NCBI GenBank assembly: GCA_965203295.1
Contig: CBDBCZ010000019.1
Location: 1,824,001 to 1,888,000, forward strand
From: Nitrospirales bacterium
GTDB taxonomy: Bacteria; Nitrospirota; Nitrospiria; Nitrospirales; UBA8639
Length of the DNA: 64,000 bases
Direction: 5' to 3'
Translations under genes and position numbers: made by a program
Notes under the pieces: model-generated
Told to the model about the DNA's origin: nothing
What the model saw: the letters and a program-made list of their open reading frames with translations, nothing else
Database searches by the model: none
Shown: piece after piece, positions 32,347-42,883 of the stretch
Layout: every line of letters begins with the position of its first letter
Position numbering within the stretch: position 1 is the stretch's first letter

Positions 32347-33897
32347 ATGTCTTCAACATTCACAAAGGATGTCTCACTCGCTATTGGTGAGATTTCCAAG
32401 TCCACCACACCACAGCCTTGTACACTCGTGATCTTTGGGGGTTCTGGTGATTTAACCCGCAGAAAATTGGTGCCAGCAGTCTATAATCTGATGCTCGATG
32501 GTCTCTTACCTGCCGGCTATGCCATTCTTGCTCTTGGAAGAAAGTCCTGGACTGACGTGGAATTTCGCGCGTTAGCCAAAGAAGGCATTGAAAAATTCTC
32601 ACGCCAATCCCTTCAAGAAGACAAGTGGGACGATTTTGAAAATCGTCTCTTTTACGCATCTGGGGGCATCAATGATCCACAGACCTATCAAACGATCAAA
32701 GCCCGCCTTGAGGAGATCGAATCTCTACACCAACTCCCTGGGCACTGTATCTATTATTTGGCCATCCCTCCAACTTCGTTCGCTTCAACCTGTGAAGGGT
32801 TACATCAGGCTGGGCTTGTTTCTTCTCCAATAGGGTCTGACCGTTTTTCCCGTGTTATCGTTGAAAAACCCATCGGACATGACCTGAAGTCTGCCAAAAA
32901 AATTAACGCCATCGTGGGAAATGTGTTCGATAAATCGCAAATTTTTCGGATTGATCACTATCTGGGGAAAGAAACTATTCAAAATATTATGGTGTTGCGC
33001 TTTGCTAACGGTATTTTCGAACCTATTTGGAACCATAAATACATTGACAACGTTCAAATCACGGTGAGTGAAGCTGAGGGAGTCGGCACACGGGCCACCT
33101 ATTATGAGGAAGCCGGAGCCCTCAGAGATATGGTCCAAAACCATATTCTTCAGTTGCTATGCCTTATTGCTATGGAACCTCCCTATTCACTCGATCCTGA
33201 CGTGGTTCGCAATGCCCGCATGGATGTTTTACGGTGCATTCGCCCGATTCGGGGAAAAGATGTTGAAAACATGACGGTCTGTGCTCAGTACTCTCATGGA
33301 ACCATCCAAGGGGAAGAGGTTCCTGGGTATCGTCGAGAAGAGGGAATTTCCCACAATTCGACGACGGAAACCTTCGTCGCACTCAAAATATTCGTAGAAA
33401 ACTGGCGTTGGTCAGGAGTTCCTTTTTATCTCCGAACTAGAAAGGCCATGCGAAAGCGGGCTTCAGAAATCACTGTTCAATTTCGGGATATTCCCAAAAT
33501 TCTTTTTAACGCAAACCCCGATGCCCCACAGACTCCCAATCTGTTAACCCTACGAATTCAACCCAAAGAAGGAATGTCCCTTCGAATTTCTTCAAAGATT
33601 CCGGGTACCCGAGCGGAAACCTATCCTGTCGAAATGACGTTTAATTATGGAGACGCCTTCTCGTCTCCCTCGCCCGAAGCCTATGAACGCCTGTTGTTGG
33701 ATGTCATGACAGGAGACGCTTCGCTTTTTATGCGGCGAGACGCAGTCGAAGCCTCATGGGCCTGGATCACTGACATCTTGGAAGGCTGGAAAACTTATGG
33801 AAGTAAATGGCTCCCTGAATATCCACCAGAAAGTTGGGGGCCAGTGGAATCGGATCGTCTTATTGAATCCGATGGCCGTCAATGGCGTGATGTGTAA
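32347..33897 (+). CDS. zwf: Glucose-6-phosphate 1-dehydrogenase
   Basis: GGSGDL, EKP, RIDHYLGKE, DMVQNH, RWSGVPF, AYERL. Confidence 0.96.
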   Translation: MSSTFTKDVSLAIGEISKSTTPQPCTLVIFGGSGDLTRRKLVPAVYNLMLDGLLPAGYAILALGRKSWTDVEFRALAKEGIEKFSRQSLQEDKWDDFENRLFYASGGINDPQTYQTIKARLEEIESLHQLPGHCIYYLAIPPTSFASTCEGLHQAGLVSSPIGSDRFSRVIVEKPIGHDLKSAKKINAIVGNVFDKSQIFRIDHYLGKETIQNIMVLRFANGIFEPIWNHKYIDNVQITVSEAEGVGTRATYYEEAGALRDMVQNHILQLLCLIAMEPPYSLDPDVVRNARMDVLRCIRPIRGKDVENMTVCAQYSHGTIQGEEVPGYRREEGISHNSTTETFVALKIFVENWRWSGVPFYLRTRKAMRKRASEITVQFRDIPKILFNANPDAPQTPNLLTLRIQPKEGMSLRISSKIPGTRAETYPVEMTFNYGDAFSSPSPEAYERLLLDVMTGDASLFMRRDAVEASWAWITDILEGWKTYGSKWLPEYPPESWGPVESDRLIESDGRQWRDV

Positions 33898-34023
33898 AAG
33901 TGAAGAAAGTAAACTTGAGATAATTTTACTTCTTATTTGCTCTGACTCGACGTCTTACTGCCCTATCCTACTTCGACCACCCCACCCTCTTCTTTTATTT
34001 GCAAACAGAGCCAAACGAGCTTT

Positions 34024-34233
34024 ATGATGAAGGCTTTCATGAACATTCATTTGACGAATCCTCATAGGCATCTGGAGATCAAAGGACCAACCCGAATTCG
34101 ACAATTATTGGAACACCTTAATTTGATCCCCGAGGCCTATTTGGTCATCCGCGGGGATGAACTTGTCACGGAAGATGAGGTATTGGAGGACACAGATTCT
34201 GTTGAGATTCGGGCAGTGATATCAGGAGGCTAG
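34024..34233 (+). CDS. MoaD/ThiS-like sulfur carrier (TtuB-like)
   Basis: Ubiquitin-like size, C-terminal ISGG; directly before ttuA-like gene. Confidence 0.85.
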   Translation: MMKAFMNIHLTNPHRHLEIKGPTRIRQLLEHLNLIPEAYLVIRGDELVTEDEVLEDTDSVEIRAVISGG

Positions 34234-34238
34234 CCATT

Positions 34239-35171
34239 ATGTTGTGTCTTAAGTGTCGCCACAAAGCTGTCATTAACCTCCCTCAGCACAACTTTGCCCT
34301 TTGCCCAACCTGTTTTACAGATTTTGTATACAGCCAAGTGACCCGCGCCATCAAAAAACAGCAAATGTTTGCTAAGACAGATCGGGTTTTAGTGGCCGTC
34401 TCAGGAGGAAAAGACAGCCTGGCGCTTTGGGATATTTTATTGAAATTGGGTTATCGTGCTGATGCCATCTACATAGGCCTCGGCATTGGCAGCTATTCAG
34501 AAAAATCTCAACAGAAAGTTCTCCATTACACTGAGCACGTGGCGGAATCCTTCGGAGCCAAACTTCATGTCCATACGGTAGAAGAGGAGGAGGGAGCCGG
34601 CATTCGAGAACTCTCCACCGTGATTCATCGGCCGACCTGTTCAACTTGTGGGATCATCAAACGATACCAGTTTAATCGGATCGCTATTGAAAAAGAATAT
34701 GATGTCATGGCAACGGGTCACAATTTGGATGATGAAGCAGCGCGACTCCTTGGAAACGTGCTTCATTGGCAAACGGAGTATCTAGACAAACAATCTCCAA
34801 CCTTACCAGCCTCCGTTGAAGGCTTTGCGAAGAAGGTCAAGCCCCTCTATCGATTAACGGAACGGGAGATAGCCGCCTATGCGGTGATCAACCGAATTGA
34901 CTATATCGTTGAGGAATGTCCTATGGCCAAGGGCTCGAAGATGATCATGTACAAGGAAGCCCTGAATCGTCTGGAAACTGAATCTCCAGGCACCAAACAA
35001 CGCTTTTATTTCGGATTTTTAGAAAAACAGGATGAGACTCAACCCGAGAAACTCACGATGGCCGATCGAGACCGCAACCACCTCCATCCCTGCACAACCT
35101 GCGGCCAACCCACCAGCGCTGAAATCTGTGTCTACTGTAAGATGATGACACGCGCCAAAACCCAAGTCTGA
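34239..35171 (+). CDS. ttuA: TtuA/Ncs6-type tRNA 2-thiolase (PP-loop, Fe-S, two Zn fingers)
   Basis: N-terminal CxxC..CxxC, SGGKDS, CSTC, TGHNLDDE, EECP, C-terminal CxxC..CxxC. Confidence 0.8.
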   Translation: MLCLKCRHKAVINLPQHNFALCPTCFTDFVYSQVTRAIKKQQMFAKTDRVLVAVSGGKDSLALWDILLKLGYRADAIYIGLGIGSYSEKSQQKVLHYTEHVAESFGAKLHVHTVEEEEGAGIRELSTVIHRPTCSTCGIIKRYQFNRIAIEKEYDVMATGHNLDDEAARLLGNVLHWQTEYLDKQSPTLPASVEGFAKKVKPLYRLTEREIAAYAVINRIDYIVEECPMAKGSKMIMYKEALNRLETESPGTKQRFYFGFLEKQDETQPEKLTMADRDRNHLHPCTTCGQPTSAEICVYCKMMTRAKTQV

Positions 35172-35365
35172 CTTCTTTTAGTTCCATACAGACGATCACC
35201 TCAACCTTTTTTAGAGGAAACATACTAACCGCTTACACACACTGGAGAAGCCCTTTTCCTTCCGACAGTCAACTTGAATACCCCATTTTATTGACCTCCT
35301 CCCCTTGGTTGTGCCACATTGCCCTGTCCTTTTGAAAAGGTATTTTTACGAAGGAGGATTACTAC

Positions 35366-37039
35366 ATGCCGTCAGATTTGAAGCACAAGAGTAGTGGGTT
35401 AACTGAGGGACCAGATCGGGCACCTGCTCGTGCGATGCTCAGGGCCGTCGGCTTAACCGATGAGGATTTGTCCCGTCCGTTGATTGGTGTCGCAAATACC
35501 TGGTCTGAAGTGACCCCATGTAATTTCCATCTTCGAGAACTAGGCGAAAAAGTGAAAGAGGGCATTCGTGCAGCCGGTGGGACACCCATTGAATACAACA
35601 CCATAGTGATCTCTGATGGCATCAGCATGGGAACTGAGGGCATGAAAACTTCTCTCATTAGCCGGGAGGTCGTAGCTGACTCAATCGAGCTCGTGGCGCG
35701 TGGGCACTTGTTTGATGCCGTTGTGGCCCTTTCAGGATGTGATAAAACCATACCCGGCACAGTCATGGCTCTGGCCCGTTTGAATCTCCCCTCGCTCATG
35801 CTCTATGGCGGCTCCATTATGCCTGGTCAATTCCAAGGGCATAATGTCACGATTCAGGATGTCTTTGAAGCTGTCGGCTCACATGCCAGGGGGAAAATGT
35901 CCACTGAAGAATTGCACGAACTTGAGAGCAAAGCCTGCCCTGGTGCTGGCGCCTGTGGCGGTCAGTTTACGGCCAATACCATGGCGATTGCTTTTGAGTT
36001 CCTGGGAATCTCCCCTTTGGGATTTAACGGCATTCCAGCCTTAGATCCACAAAAGGGGAAAGCAGCCGTTCAATGCGGCCAATTGGTGATGGATTTATTG
36101 AAAAAAGATATTCGCCCCAAACAGATTATCACTCGCCAGGCATTGGAGAACGCGATCGCGGCTGTCGCGACCACGGGGGGATCGACCAATGCTGTTTTAC
36201 ATTTGTTAGGTGTCGCTCATGAAATTGGCGTCCCCTTGAGCATTGATGATTTTGACACCATTAACCGCCATGTTCCTCTTCTCGCCGATTTGAAGCCAGG
36301 AGGGCACTTCGTGGCACCGGATCTTTTTACCGCAGGGGGCACCCAACTTGTCGCAAAGCGTCTCTTAGAGGCTGGACTTCTTGAAGGGATTTGTCTGACC
36401 GTTACCGGACGAACCCTTCAAGAGGAGGCGGCTGAAGCCAAAGAAACCCAAGGCCAAAAAATTCTCTACTCGGTGGAGAAGCCTATCAAAGCCTCAGGAG
36501 GGCTCGTGATTTTAAAAGGTAATCTTGCACCTGAGGGATGCGTCGTGAAAGTTGCTGGCCATGGCCGACTCACCCATCAAGGTCCAGCGAAAGTCTTTGA
36601 TTGTGAGGAAGACGCTTTTCGAGCAGTTCAAGAGGGAAAGATTGATCCAGGTGATGTGGTCGTCATTCGTTATGAGGGGCCCCAAGGAGGTCCGGGTATG
36701 CGAGAAATGCTCGGCGTCACCAGCGCGATAGTCGGGGCAGGGCTTGGTGAGTCTGTGGCTTTGCTCACCGATGGGCGTTTTTCTGGAGCCACGCACGGAA
36801 TGATGGCTGGACACGTGGCTCCTGAAGCTGCGAAAGGTGGACCTATTGCAGCAATCCGCAACGGAGATGTGATTCGTTTTGATGTGAGCCAACGCCGTTT
36901 GGACGTTGATTTACCGGCGGAGGAACTCGATGCCCGTTTACGACAGTGGAGCCCTCCCCCACCTCGGTATACCAGTGGCGTGATGGCCAAGTATGCAAAA
37001 TTGGTCTCTTCAGCTTCTTTAGGTGCCGTGACCTCTTAA
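35366..37039 (+). CDS. ilvD: Dihydroxy-acid dehydratase
   Basis: [38 protein letters not shown]. Confidence 0.97.
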   Translation: MPSDLKHKSSGLTEGPDRAPARAMLRAVGLTDEDLSRPLIGVANTWSEVTPCNFHLRELGEKVKEGIRAAGGTPIEYNTIVISDGISMGTEGMKTSLISREVVADSIELVARGHLFDAVVALSGCDKTIPGTVMALARLNLPSLMLYGGSIMPGQFQGHNVTIQDVFEAVGSHARGKMSTEELHELESKACPGAGACGGQFTANTMAIAFEFLGISPLGFNGIPALDPQKGKAAVQCGQLVMDLLKKDIRPKQIITRQALENAIAAVATTGGSTNAVLHLLGVAHEIGVPLSIDDFDTINRHVPLLADLKPGGHFVAPDLFTAGGTQLVAKRLLEAGLLEGICLTVTGRTLQEEAAEAKETQGQKILYSVEKPIKASGGLVILKGNLAPEGCVVKVAGHGRLTHQGPAKVFDCEEDAFRAVQEGKIDPGDVVVIRYEGPQGGPGMREMLGVTSAIVGAGLGESVALLTDGRFSGATHGMMAGHVAPEAAKGGPIAAIRNGDVIRFDVSQRRLDVDLPAEELDARLRQWSPPPPRYTSGVMAKYAKLVSSASLGAVTS

Positions 37040-37065
37040 TCGAGGTCACCGATTCCAGGCAGGAT

Positions 37066-38277
37066 TTACTTTTTCTTCAGAACAATATTGCTTTTGTGTT
37101 TGACGATTTCCACCGGACGGAACGCTCTATCTTTTTGGCCTAGAGTCGCCTCTTGCTCAACAGCCTTGATGAAATCTTGAGGCCCATGAATTTCCCCATA
37201 TGTGAGCGTAACAATCACATCCATCGATGGTGCATTTGTGGGGGTGGGAAAGGAGAACGTTTCTACTCGTTTTTCCTCCGGCTTGAGTAACGTATCCTTC
37301 GCGATCTTCACCGCCTCAAAGTCAAACACGGTCTCGTTTCCCTTCGCATCTGCAAACACTCGTTCGTAATGCCGCTGTTCCCCATACACTTTTCTCAAAT
37401 TTTTTCCAAGAATGGTCAGATCGACAATCACTCTTGACCAGCCTGGATGCGGCAAAGGCAAGTTATGTGGCACCAGGCTCTGTACCGTGACTGTGACTTC
37501 TGACGTCTTCCCTTTGACCTTGGTTTTCACATCCACTTCTGCAGCTTTGGCTCGAACTTTACCGAACCGACCAGGGAAACTGTGATTGGCCACTTTTCTA
37601 TTTCGCTCGCCATTGGCTGATTCACCAAACTCTTCTGGCATATGACAGGATTGGCAATTCTTTCCTTTTTTTTCCGCTTTGCTTTTTTCCCAATCTCCCA
37701 TGAGACCTGAGGCATGGGCTTTTTCACCTTGCCCTGGGATGGCATCATGACACGTTAAGCAATATTGAGAACTCCCGTAGAGCTCCAACGGTACCGATTT
37801 GTGCGCGAGATTCTCCGCGGCTTTCTTATAGGATCCAAAGACTGTTTTTTCAAAAACAAAGGTCGGAAAGGGGGGATGCGTTTTGGTGTCGATGTCTTTA
37901 ATGAGGTGACATTGTGAACAGCCTACACCATCGATTTTGGGATCTCTTGACTTGACTTCTTTAATAAACATTTCACTCTGCTCTGGATATTCCAGAATAT
38001 GCGGGGCATGGCAGCGGAAACACATATGTCGGTCTTCTGGCTTCGCGAACTCCAAGTACCGAGCTAAGCTCACGCGAAATGCCGCTGTTTCTATCGATCG
38101 GGATTGGGCAGAAGTCTCCCATTCCTCAAAAACACGGATATGACACCGCTTACATTTCTGGGAATGTGGAAAGGCCTTATTTAATGGTTTAGCCCCTTCT
38201 TTTGCTCCAAGAGCGGTTTGGAAGGAAGCACCTATCAGGAGAATCAAAACACCTAATAAAAGACCTGCGCTCTTCAC
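37066..38277 (-). CDS. Periplasmic pentaheme cytochrome c (start uncertain, 38277-38306)
   Basis: Signal peptide; five CxxCH: CKRCH, CFRCH, CSQCH, CLTCH, CQSCH. Confidence 0.88.
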   Translation of the reverse strand: MKSAGLLLGVLILLIGASFQTALGAKEGAKPLNKAFPHSQKCKRCHIRVFEEWETSAQSRSIETAAFRVSLARYLEFAKPEDRHMCFRCHAPHILEYPEQSEMFIKEVKSRDPKIDGVGCSQCHLIKDIDTKTHPPFPTFVFEKTVFGSYKKAAENLAHKSVPLELYGSSQYCLTCHDAIPGQGEKAHASGLMGDWEKSKAEKKGKNCQSCHMPEEFGESANGERNRKVANHSFPGRFGKVRAKAAEVDVKTKVKGKTSEVTVTVQSLVPHNLPLPHPGWSRVIVDLTILGKNLRKVYGEQRHYERVFADAKGNETVFDFEAVKIAKDTLLKPEEKRVETFSFPTPTNAPSMDVIVTLTYGEIHGPQDFIKAVEQEATLGQKDRAFRPVEIVKHKSNIVLKKK

Positions 38278-38353
38278 GGCTATCTGCCTGCAGATGGCAT
38301 TTTCATGATCACCTCTACTCGTGTCGATCGATCTTGAGGAAAGTATGAAGGAA

Positions 38354-39712
38354 TTATAAAGTCTTTGTTCGATATGTGAGAAGTCGAGGAGCAGAATACT
38401 CCTCGATAATTTTTTCTGCCGTCTTTCGTGATCGTTTATTTGTGATGGAAGATAAATACTTTTCTTGTAAGTCTTTACCTGGATCAGGGATAAGCCCATA
38501 ACTAAGCACGGCTTCGATGAAGCCTCCCTTGGCTTCGTCACCCACCTCGAATGAAAAGGGAATTCTTCGTGTAACGCCTCCGTTCACCAGCGGACGGGGA
38601 ATAGGACCTCTCAGAATTTGATCAAAATCAAGCCCAAAACGTTTACGTTCGGTTTTTAAAATATTCCCTTTGACATCCTTGAGGGTGACCATTACGTAAA
38701 ACTGCTTCAGCACGGGATCTCCACCTGGAAACATATGTGGAAGACTGCCGTTTCTTACAAGAACTTTTCCTTTCACTGACCCTGATTGATGCTCCACTTC
38801 AAGATCAACCCGAGGAAACCATTCTGCTTGCAAATTCCGATTACTCAGCATGATTCCAGGAATGACAATTCCTTGAAACCAATGACGGCCAATAGGACGA
38901 GTGAGGGAACCCTTTTGTAACGTAGAGCTCCCCGTCGACTGTTCCATATGACAATCCTGACAAATCGTGCCCTTTAGGATCTCTCCAACCAAATCTTTTC
39001 GCGTGACATCTTTCACCTTACTAAAGTGACAAGATGCGCAGTAATTGGCTCCGTGGTACACATCATTTTGTTCAGAAGGATGGACTAAATTCTCATCAGG
39101 GTTAGAATAAGGTCCAAAGAGCGTTGGGCCTGGCTGGATGGTAAATGAAGGATGATCATTTCCATCCTTCACCCCATTAATCAGATGACAGGCCGAACAT
39201 CCGATGCCTTCAACTTTGACACTTTTCCGGCCGCCCATCACTTGATTGATGATCTTTTCTGTGTGCTGAGGGAATACGGTCACTGCTGGAGCATGGCAGG
39301 CAAGACAACGTGTCTTTTCTTCAGGAGTAGGATTGGTTTGTAGCCAGAGTCCCAGGACCGTTCGAAACACTTTTGATTTTAATGCCGTTCCATGGAGTAA
39401 CGCTCCGTCCACTCGGCCAAACGTTTTTAAATCTGGTGTCTGTTCTCGCATGCCTTTCCATTCTTCATAATGGCGGTCATGGCATTGCTTGCACTGTTCA
39501 GAAGGGACAAAAATTTTTTCGATTTCATCAATCCAAACTTCATCAGTTCCGGAAGTTTTTGACGGTTGAGCGAATCCTTTGTCCAAGGACGTCATACCGA
39601 ACCCTGCCAATAATAGCCCCAACAGATAGAATCCCACCCTCCAATAATTTTTCGACGGATCTGATTTCACAGTCAATTCAGCTTTCTTATCAATCCTTAA
39701 GAACCCGGACAA
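38354..39712 (-). CDS. Periplasmic pentaheme cytochrome c (paralog of the downstream gene)
   Basis: N-terminal TM/signal; five CxxCH: CKQCH, CLACH, CSACH, CASCH, CQDCH. Confidence 0.88.
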   Translation of the reverse strand: MSGFLRIDKKAELTVKSDPSKNYWRVGFYLLGLLLAGFGMTSLDKGFAQPSKTSGTDEVWIDEIEKIFVPSEQCKQCHDRHYEEWKGMREQTPDLKTFGRVDGALLHGTALKSKVFRTVLGLWLQTNPTPEEKTRCLACHAPAVTVFPQHTEKIINQVMGGRKSVKVEGIGCSACHLINGVKDGNDHPSFTIQPGPTLFGPYSNPDENLVHPSEQNDVYHGANYCASCHFSKVKDVTRKDLVGEILKGTICQDCHMEQSTGSSTLQKGSLTRPIGRHWFQGIVIPGIMLSNRNLQAEWFPRVDLEVEHQSGSVKGKVLVRNGSLPHMFPGGDPVLKQFYVMVTLKDVKGNILKTERKRFGLDFDQILRGPIPRPLVNGGVTRRIPFSFEVGDEAKGGFIEAVLSYGLIPDPGKDLQEKYLSSITNKRSRKTAEKIIEEYSAPRLLTYRTKTL

Positions 39713-40157
39713 AATGAAAGTTTAATCCTCCTCCAATTCCCTGATCATCGACACCAGAAGGCTCATAGGTGGCGACCGAAAAATTTTGTCGAGGCATGGT
39801 CATCTCTAGAGCTCGACCAAGATCCAGGAGGGTAGTAATTTCATTTCCATCGACTTCTTTGATGATGGCTCTGGGCTTCACACCAGCTAAATCGGCTGGG
39901 GTTCCTCCGATGACCTCAAATACAACCACACCTTCAGCACGGGTTAAACCTAAAAACTTCTGAATCTCCTCATCTACCTCCCCTACATCCACACCAAACT
40001 CTTCTCCAAGAGCCAGGGCCCGTTCCTCCGTCATCTCCGCTTGTAAGGAAGGGGCTGCCCACCACAGGATTATTCCGACTCCTAGTAGGATGAGCAAGAC
40101 GACTCTTTGCAAAACCTGACATGTGTGGGGTTGACGATATGTACTGACAAACATCAT
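39690..40157 (-). CDS. Exported stand-alone PDZ domain protein
   Basis: Signal peptide; GVVVFEVIGGTPADLAGVKP..II.EVDG. Confidence 0.82.
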   Translation of the reverse strand: MMFVSTYRQPHTCQVLQRVVLLILLGVGIILWWAAPSLQAEMTEERALALGEEFGVDVGEVDEEIQKFLGLTRAEGVVVFEVIGGTPADLAGVKPRAIIKEVDGNEITTLLDLGRALEMTMPRQNFSVATYEPSGVDDQGIGGGLNFHFVRVLKD

Positions 40158-40235
40158 GATTTCTGCATCTCTTCGTAAGAAATATCTTGAACCTTCATTG
40201 GGGTTGGCACATCCCGCATTTCACCAAACAGGCAT

Positions 40236-41087
40236 CTAATTTTTACCGGGCGAACCTCCCGCCGGATCGATCACCAACTGCAACCACGAGGCCACAGCTT
40301 TTTGCCCATTTCGTTCTTGATTTTCCCCATTCCAGACAGCAAATGCCACGGCTTGCACATGGCCAGGCCATAACATCGCTTCATTCTCAGGAATGGTTCC
40401 AGGTTCACTCAGGGGCCTCTTCATGACCACCCGCCAAAATCCACGTTTCCATTCCGCCTGGCCCTTTATGCGACCTTGCTTCCGTTTACTGGTCAGCGTA
40501 CTAAAACCGCCTCCGACTAAATCTTCTACTGAAGAAGGCCTCCATGGGATAACCTCAAATCTTCTAATGCCTCTTCTTTTCCGTTTCTTCTCCTTTGCAC
40601 GAGCAGCCCGGCGATCAACGTCACTCTGCCAGTCAGCCTTCCAATGCCAAATATTGACGTAATGATCCAATTGACCCATGCAAAAGAAAGCCGGAGCCGT
40701 TCCCAAGGGAAGCGCAACAGCCACCCCATCCCGAAACACACCAGGCGTTAACTGCTCATTCTTGGTTGCATCTTGCCATTCAATGAGAAACGCAATCTCA
40801 GAGCCATTGTGCATGGACCTGACAGAGACAGCTTTCGCGCTGGGTTCAGGCCAAACAGGACGAGTAATAATCTGGCCACTCAAGGGAATGGGAATGGGCG
40901 GAAGAGATTCCCAGGCGGGATCACTTGGAAAGGATGGCACAGCCCCATCAACAAAATGGGAACGAATCATGATGCCCTGTGAACTGACCACAGGAATCCC
41001 GACCCACACGAAAAACAAGGCTGTGCTGACAACACTCAGCCCAAGCAGGATCAGGGTACGACCTGGACGTCCCCATCTACGCATCAA
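40236..41087 (-). CDS. EbdC/NxrC-like heme-b protein (second NxrC paralog)
   Basis: FRDGVAV, CMGQ, VNIWHWKA, WRVVMKR, VAFAVWNG.N.ERNGQK. Confidence 0.85.
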   Translation of the reverse strand: MMRRWGRPGRTLILLGLSVVSTALFFVWVGIPVVSSQGIMIRSHFVDGAVPSFPSDPAWESLPPIPIPLSGQIITRPVWPEPSAKAVSVRSMHNGSEIAFLIEWQDATKNEQLTPGVFRDGVAVALPLGTAPAFFCMGQLDHYVNIWHWKADWQSDVDRRAARAKEKKRKRRGIRRFEVIPWRPSSVEDLVGGGFSTLTSKRKQGRIKGQAEWKRGFWRVVMKRPLSEPGTIPENEAMLWPGHVQAVAFAVWNGENQERNGQKAVASWLQLVIDPAGGSPGKN

Positions 41088-41189
41088 CGTTTTGCCCTTA
41101 GGTACTCAAGAAAGATTAAGAAACTAACGTATACTGTTGTCTAAAAGGAAAGATGGCAATACATGAACCAGATACCTGTCTTCATGGCA

Positions 41190-42443
41190 CTAATAAAGTT
41201 TTATTCTTCGAATTTTATTCTCGTTTCGTTCACAGACATATAAATGCCCTTGCGAATCTATGGCGAGACCAGAAGGAGCATTCACCACTGCATTGATCGC
41301 AAGATTTCCATCTCCATGTTTCAACATTCCCGCATCTTCTTTCGCAACAAACCTTGCGGCCCCGCATCCACCCATATTTTTGTCGTCGTACCCGCTATCC
41401 CCATTCCCTGCGATCGTCGAAATCATTCCGGTCTTGGCATCAACCTTTCGCACACGATGGTTCATCGAATCCGCAATAAAGATATTTCCTTCCTGATCAA
41501 CGATGGCGGCTTCGGGTACGTTTAACATGGCCTTCACAGCTTCTTTATCGTCCCCATCATATCCATACCGGCACGCACCAGCTACTGTAGATATGATACC
41601 GGTTTCCATGTCAATTTTTCGAATTCGATTGCTTCCCTTATCCGTTAAGTACAAATCACCATGACGATCCACCGCAATTCCCACAACATCCCACAGTTTC
41701 GCTTCAAGAGCGGAACGCCCATCGTCTAAATAAGGGGCGAGATCCAGCCCATCGGAACACTGAGGCCTGAGCCAACCTTGATCATCACTAAAGTCTATTC
41801 CAATAGCATCCCCAGAGAGGACAATCAGATTTTGGGCCGTCAACGGACTGACCGAGTCCTCATCTTCCTCAGACCACGTCCCTGCGATCGTCGTGACCAT
41901 TCCTGTCTGAGGGTCGTACTTTCGAATGCGATGTGCTTGAGTATCGGCAATATACATGACACCATGATGGTCAAACACAATGGCGCTCGGGTACGTCAAG
42001 TTGACCTCTAAAGCCGGTCCATCTCCATTGAACCCAGACTGTCCCGATCCCACCACGGTCGAAATGATCCCAGTTTGGTGATCAACTTTTCGTACGCGAT
42101 TACTTCCTGAGTCACAGATGTACAGATCGCTTTGCGAATTGCAAGCTACACCGAGGGGAAGATACAAACCTGCCTGATCACACGGGCCTTCATCACCGCT
42201 ATAACAGGTTTCACCGATTCCTGCATAGTTATGAAGGGTTCCCGTCTCCAGATCTACTCGACGGACACGATCCGATCCATTCTCGGCAATGTACAGGTAT
42301 CGTTCCTCCCGATCGAAACAAATCGTATTTGGCAGGGGGATTCCAGCTTTAACCGCCCGCTTCCCATCGCCCGTACTTCTGGATTTCCCATTTCCAGCAA
42401 ATGTTTCGATTCGACCAGCAGATGATTCAACACTTGTTTCCAT
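41190..42443 (-). CDS. NHL-repeat beta-propeller protein
   Basis: Repeated LYIxD.GSNR(V/I)RKVD..TGIIST(V/I)AG units. Confidence 0.9.
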   Translation of the reverse strand: METSVESSAGRIETFAGNGKSRSTGDGKRAVKAGIPLPNTICFDREERYLYIAENGSDRVRRVDLETGTLHNYAGIGETCYSGDEGPCDQAGLYLPLGVACNSQSDLYICDSGSNRVRKVDHQTGIISTVVGSGQSGFNGDGPALEVNLTYPSAIVFDHHGVMYIADTQAHRIRKYDPQTGMVTTIAGTWSEEDEDSVSPLTAQNLIVLSGDAIGIDFSDDQGWLRPQCSDGLDLAPYLDDGRSALEAKLWDVVGIAVDRHGDLYLTDKGSNRIRKIDMETGIISTVAGACRYGYDGDDKEAVKAMLNVPEAAIVDQEGNIFIADSMNHRVRKVDAKTGMISTIAGNGDSGYDDKNMGGCGAARFVAKEDAGMLKHGDGNLAINAVVNAPSGLAIDSQGHLYVCERNENKIRRIKLY

Positions 42444-42535
42444 ACCACACCTTTTTTGAGTTCCCGTATTGTCTATCTCATTTTTTCTCTAAGACCACAG
42501 TCTGACACATATTCATCCGCCACTCCACAGAATAT

Positions 42536-42850
42536 CTAAGCTTTTGCGGAGGGAATGGCTTCAGATTGAGGAGTTCCCGATGGCGTTGTGTCAGACACAG
42601 GGGCCGCCTGCTGAAAAGCCTGACTCGTCGAGGCTGGTTGTTCAGAAGTTTGACCACTATTCATCGGTGAAGGCTTCACCGTAGGCTGCGCCTCAGCCTC
42701 AATGGCATCAGTTTCTTGGACGGATTTTTTAAACCCCTTAATGGCTTTTCCCAACCCTTCCCCAAGTTGTGGAAGCTTTCCTGCTCCGAAAATAATCATG
42801 ACAATGATTAAAATCAGAAGTAACTCAGTAAATCCAAATGTTCCAAACAT
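42536..42850 (-). CDS. tatA: Twin-arginine translocase TatA/E subunit
   Basis: ELLLIL...IFGAGKLPQLGEGLGKAIKGFKK. Confidence 0.93.
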   Translation of the reverse strand: MFGTFGFTELLLILIIVMIIFGAGKLPQLGEGLGKAIKGFKKSVQETDAIEAEAQPTVKPSPMNSGQTSEQPASTSQAFQQAAPVSDTTPSGTPQSEAIPSAKA

Positions 42851-42883
42851 GGCTATATTCTCCTTCTTCTCAGCAACAAGGCC

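Noticed and set aside
38278..38541. N-terminal extension of the 491-aa cytochrome ORF
   Set aside because: It overlaps the upstream cytochrome gene by ~190 bp and precedes the signal peptide
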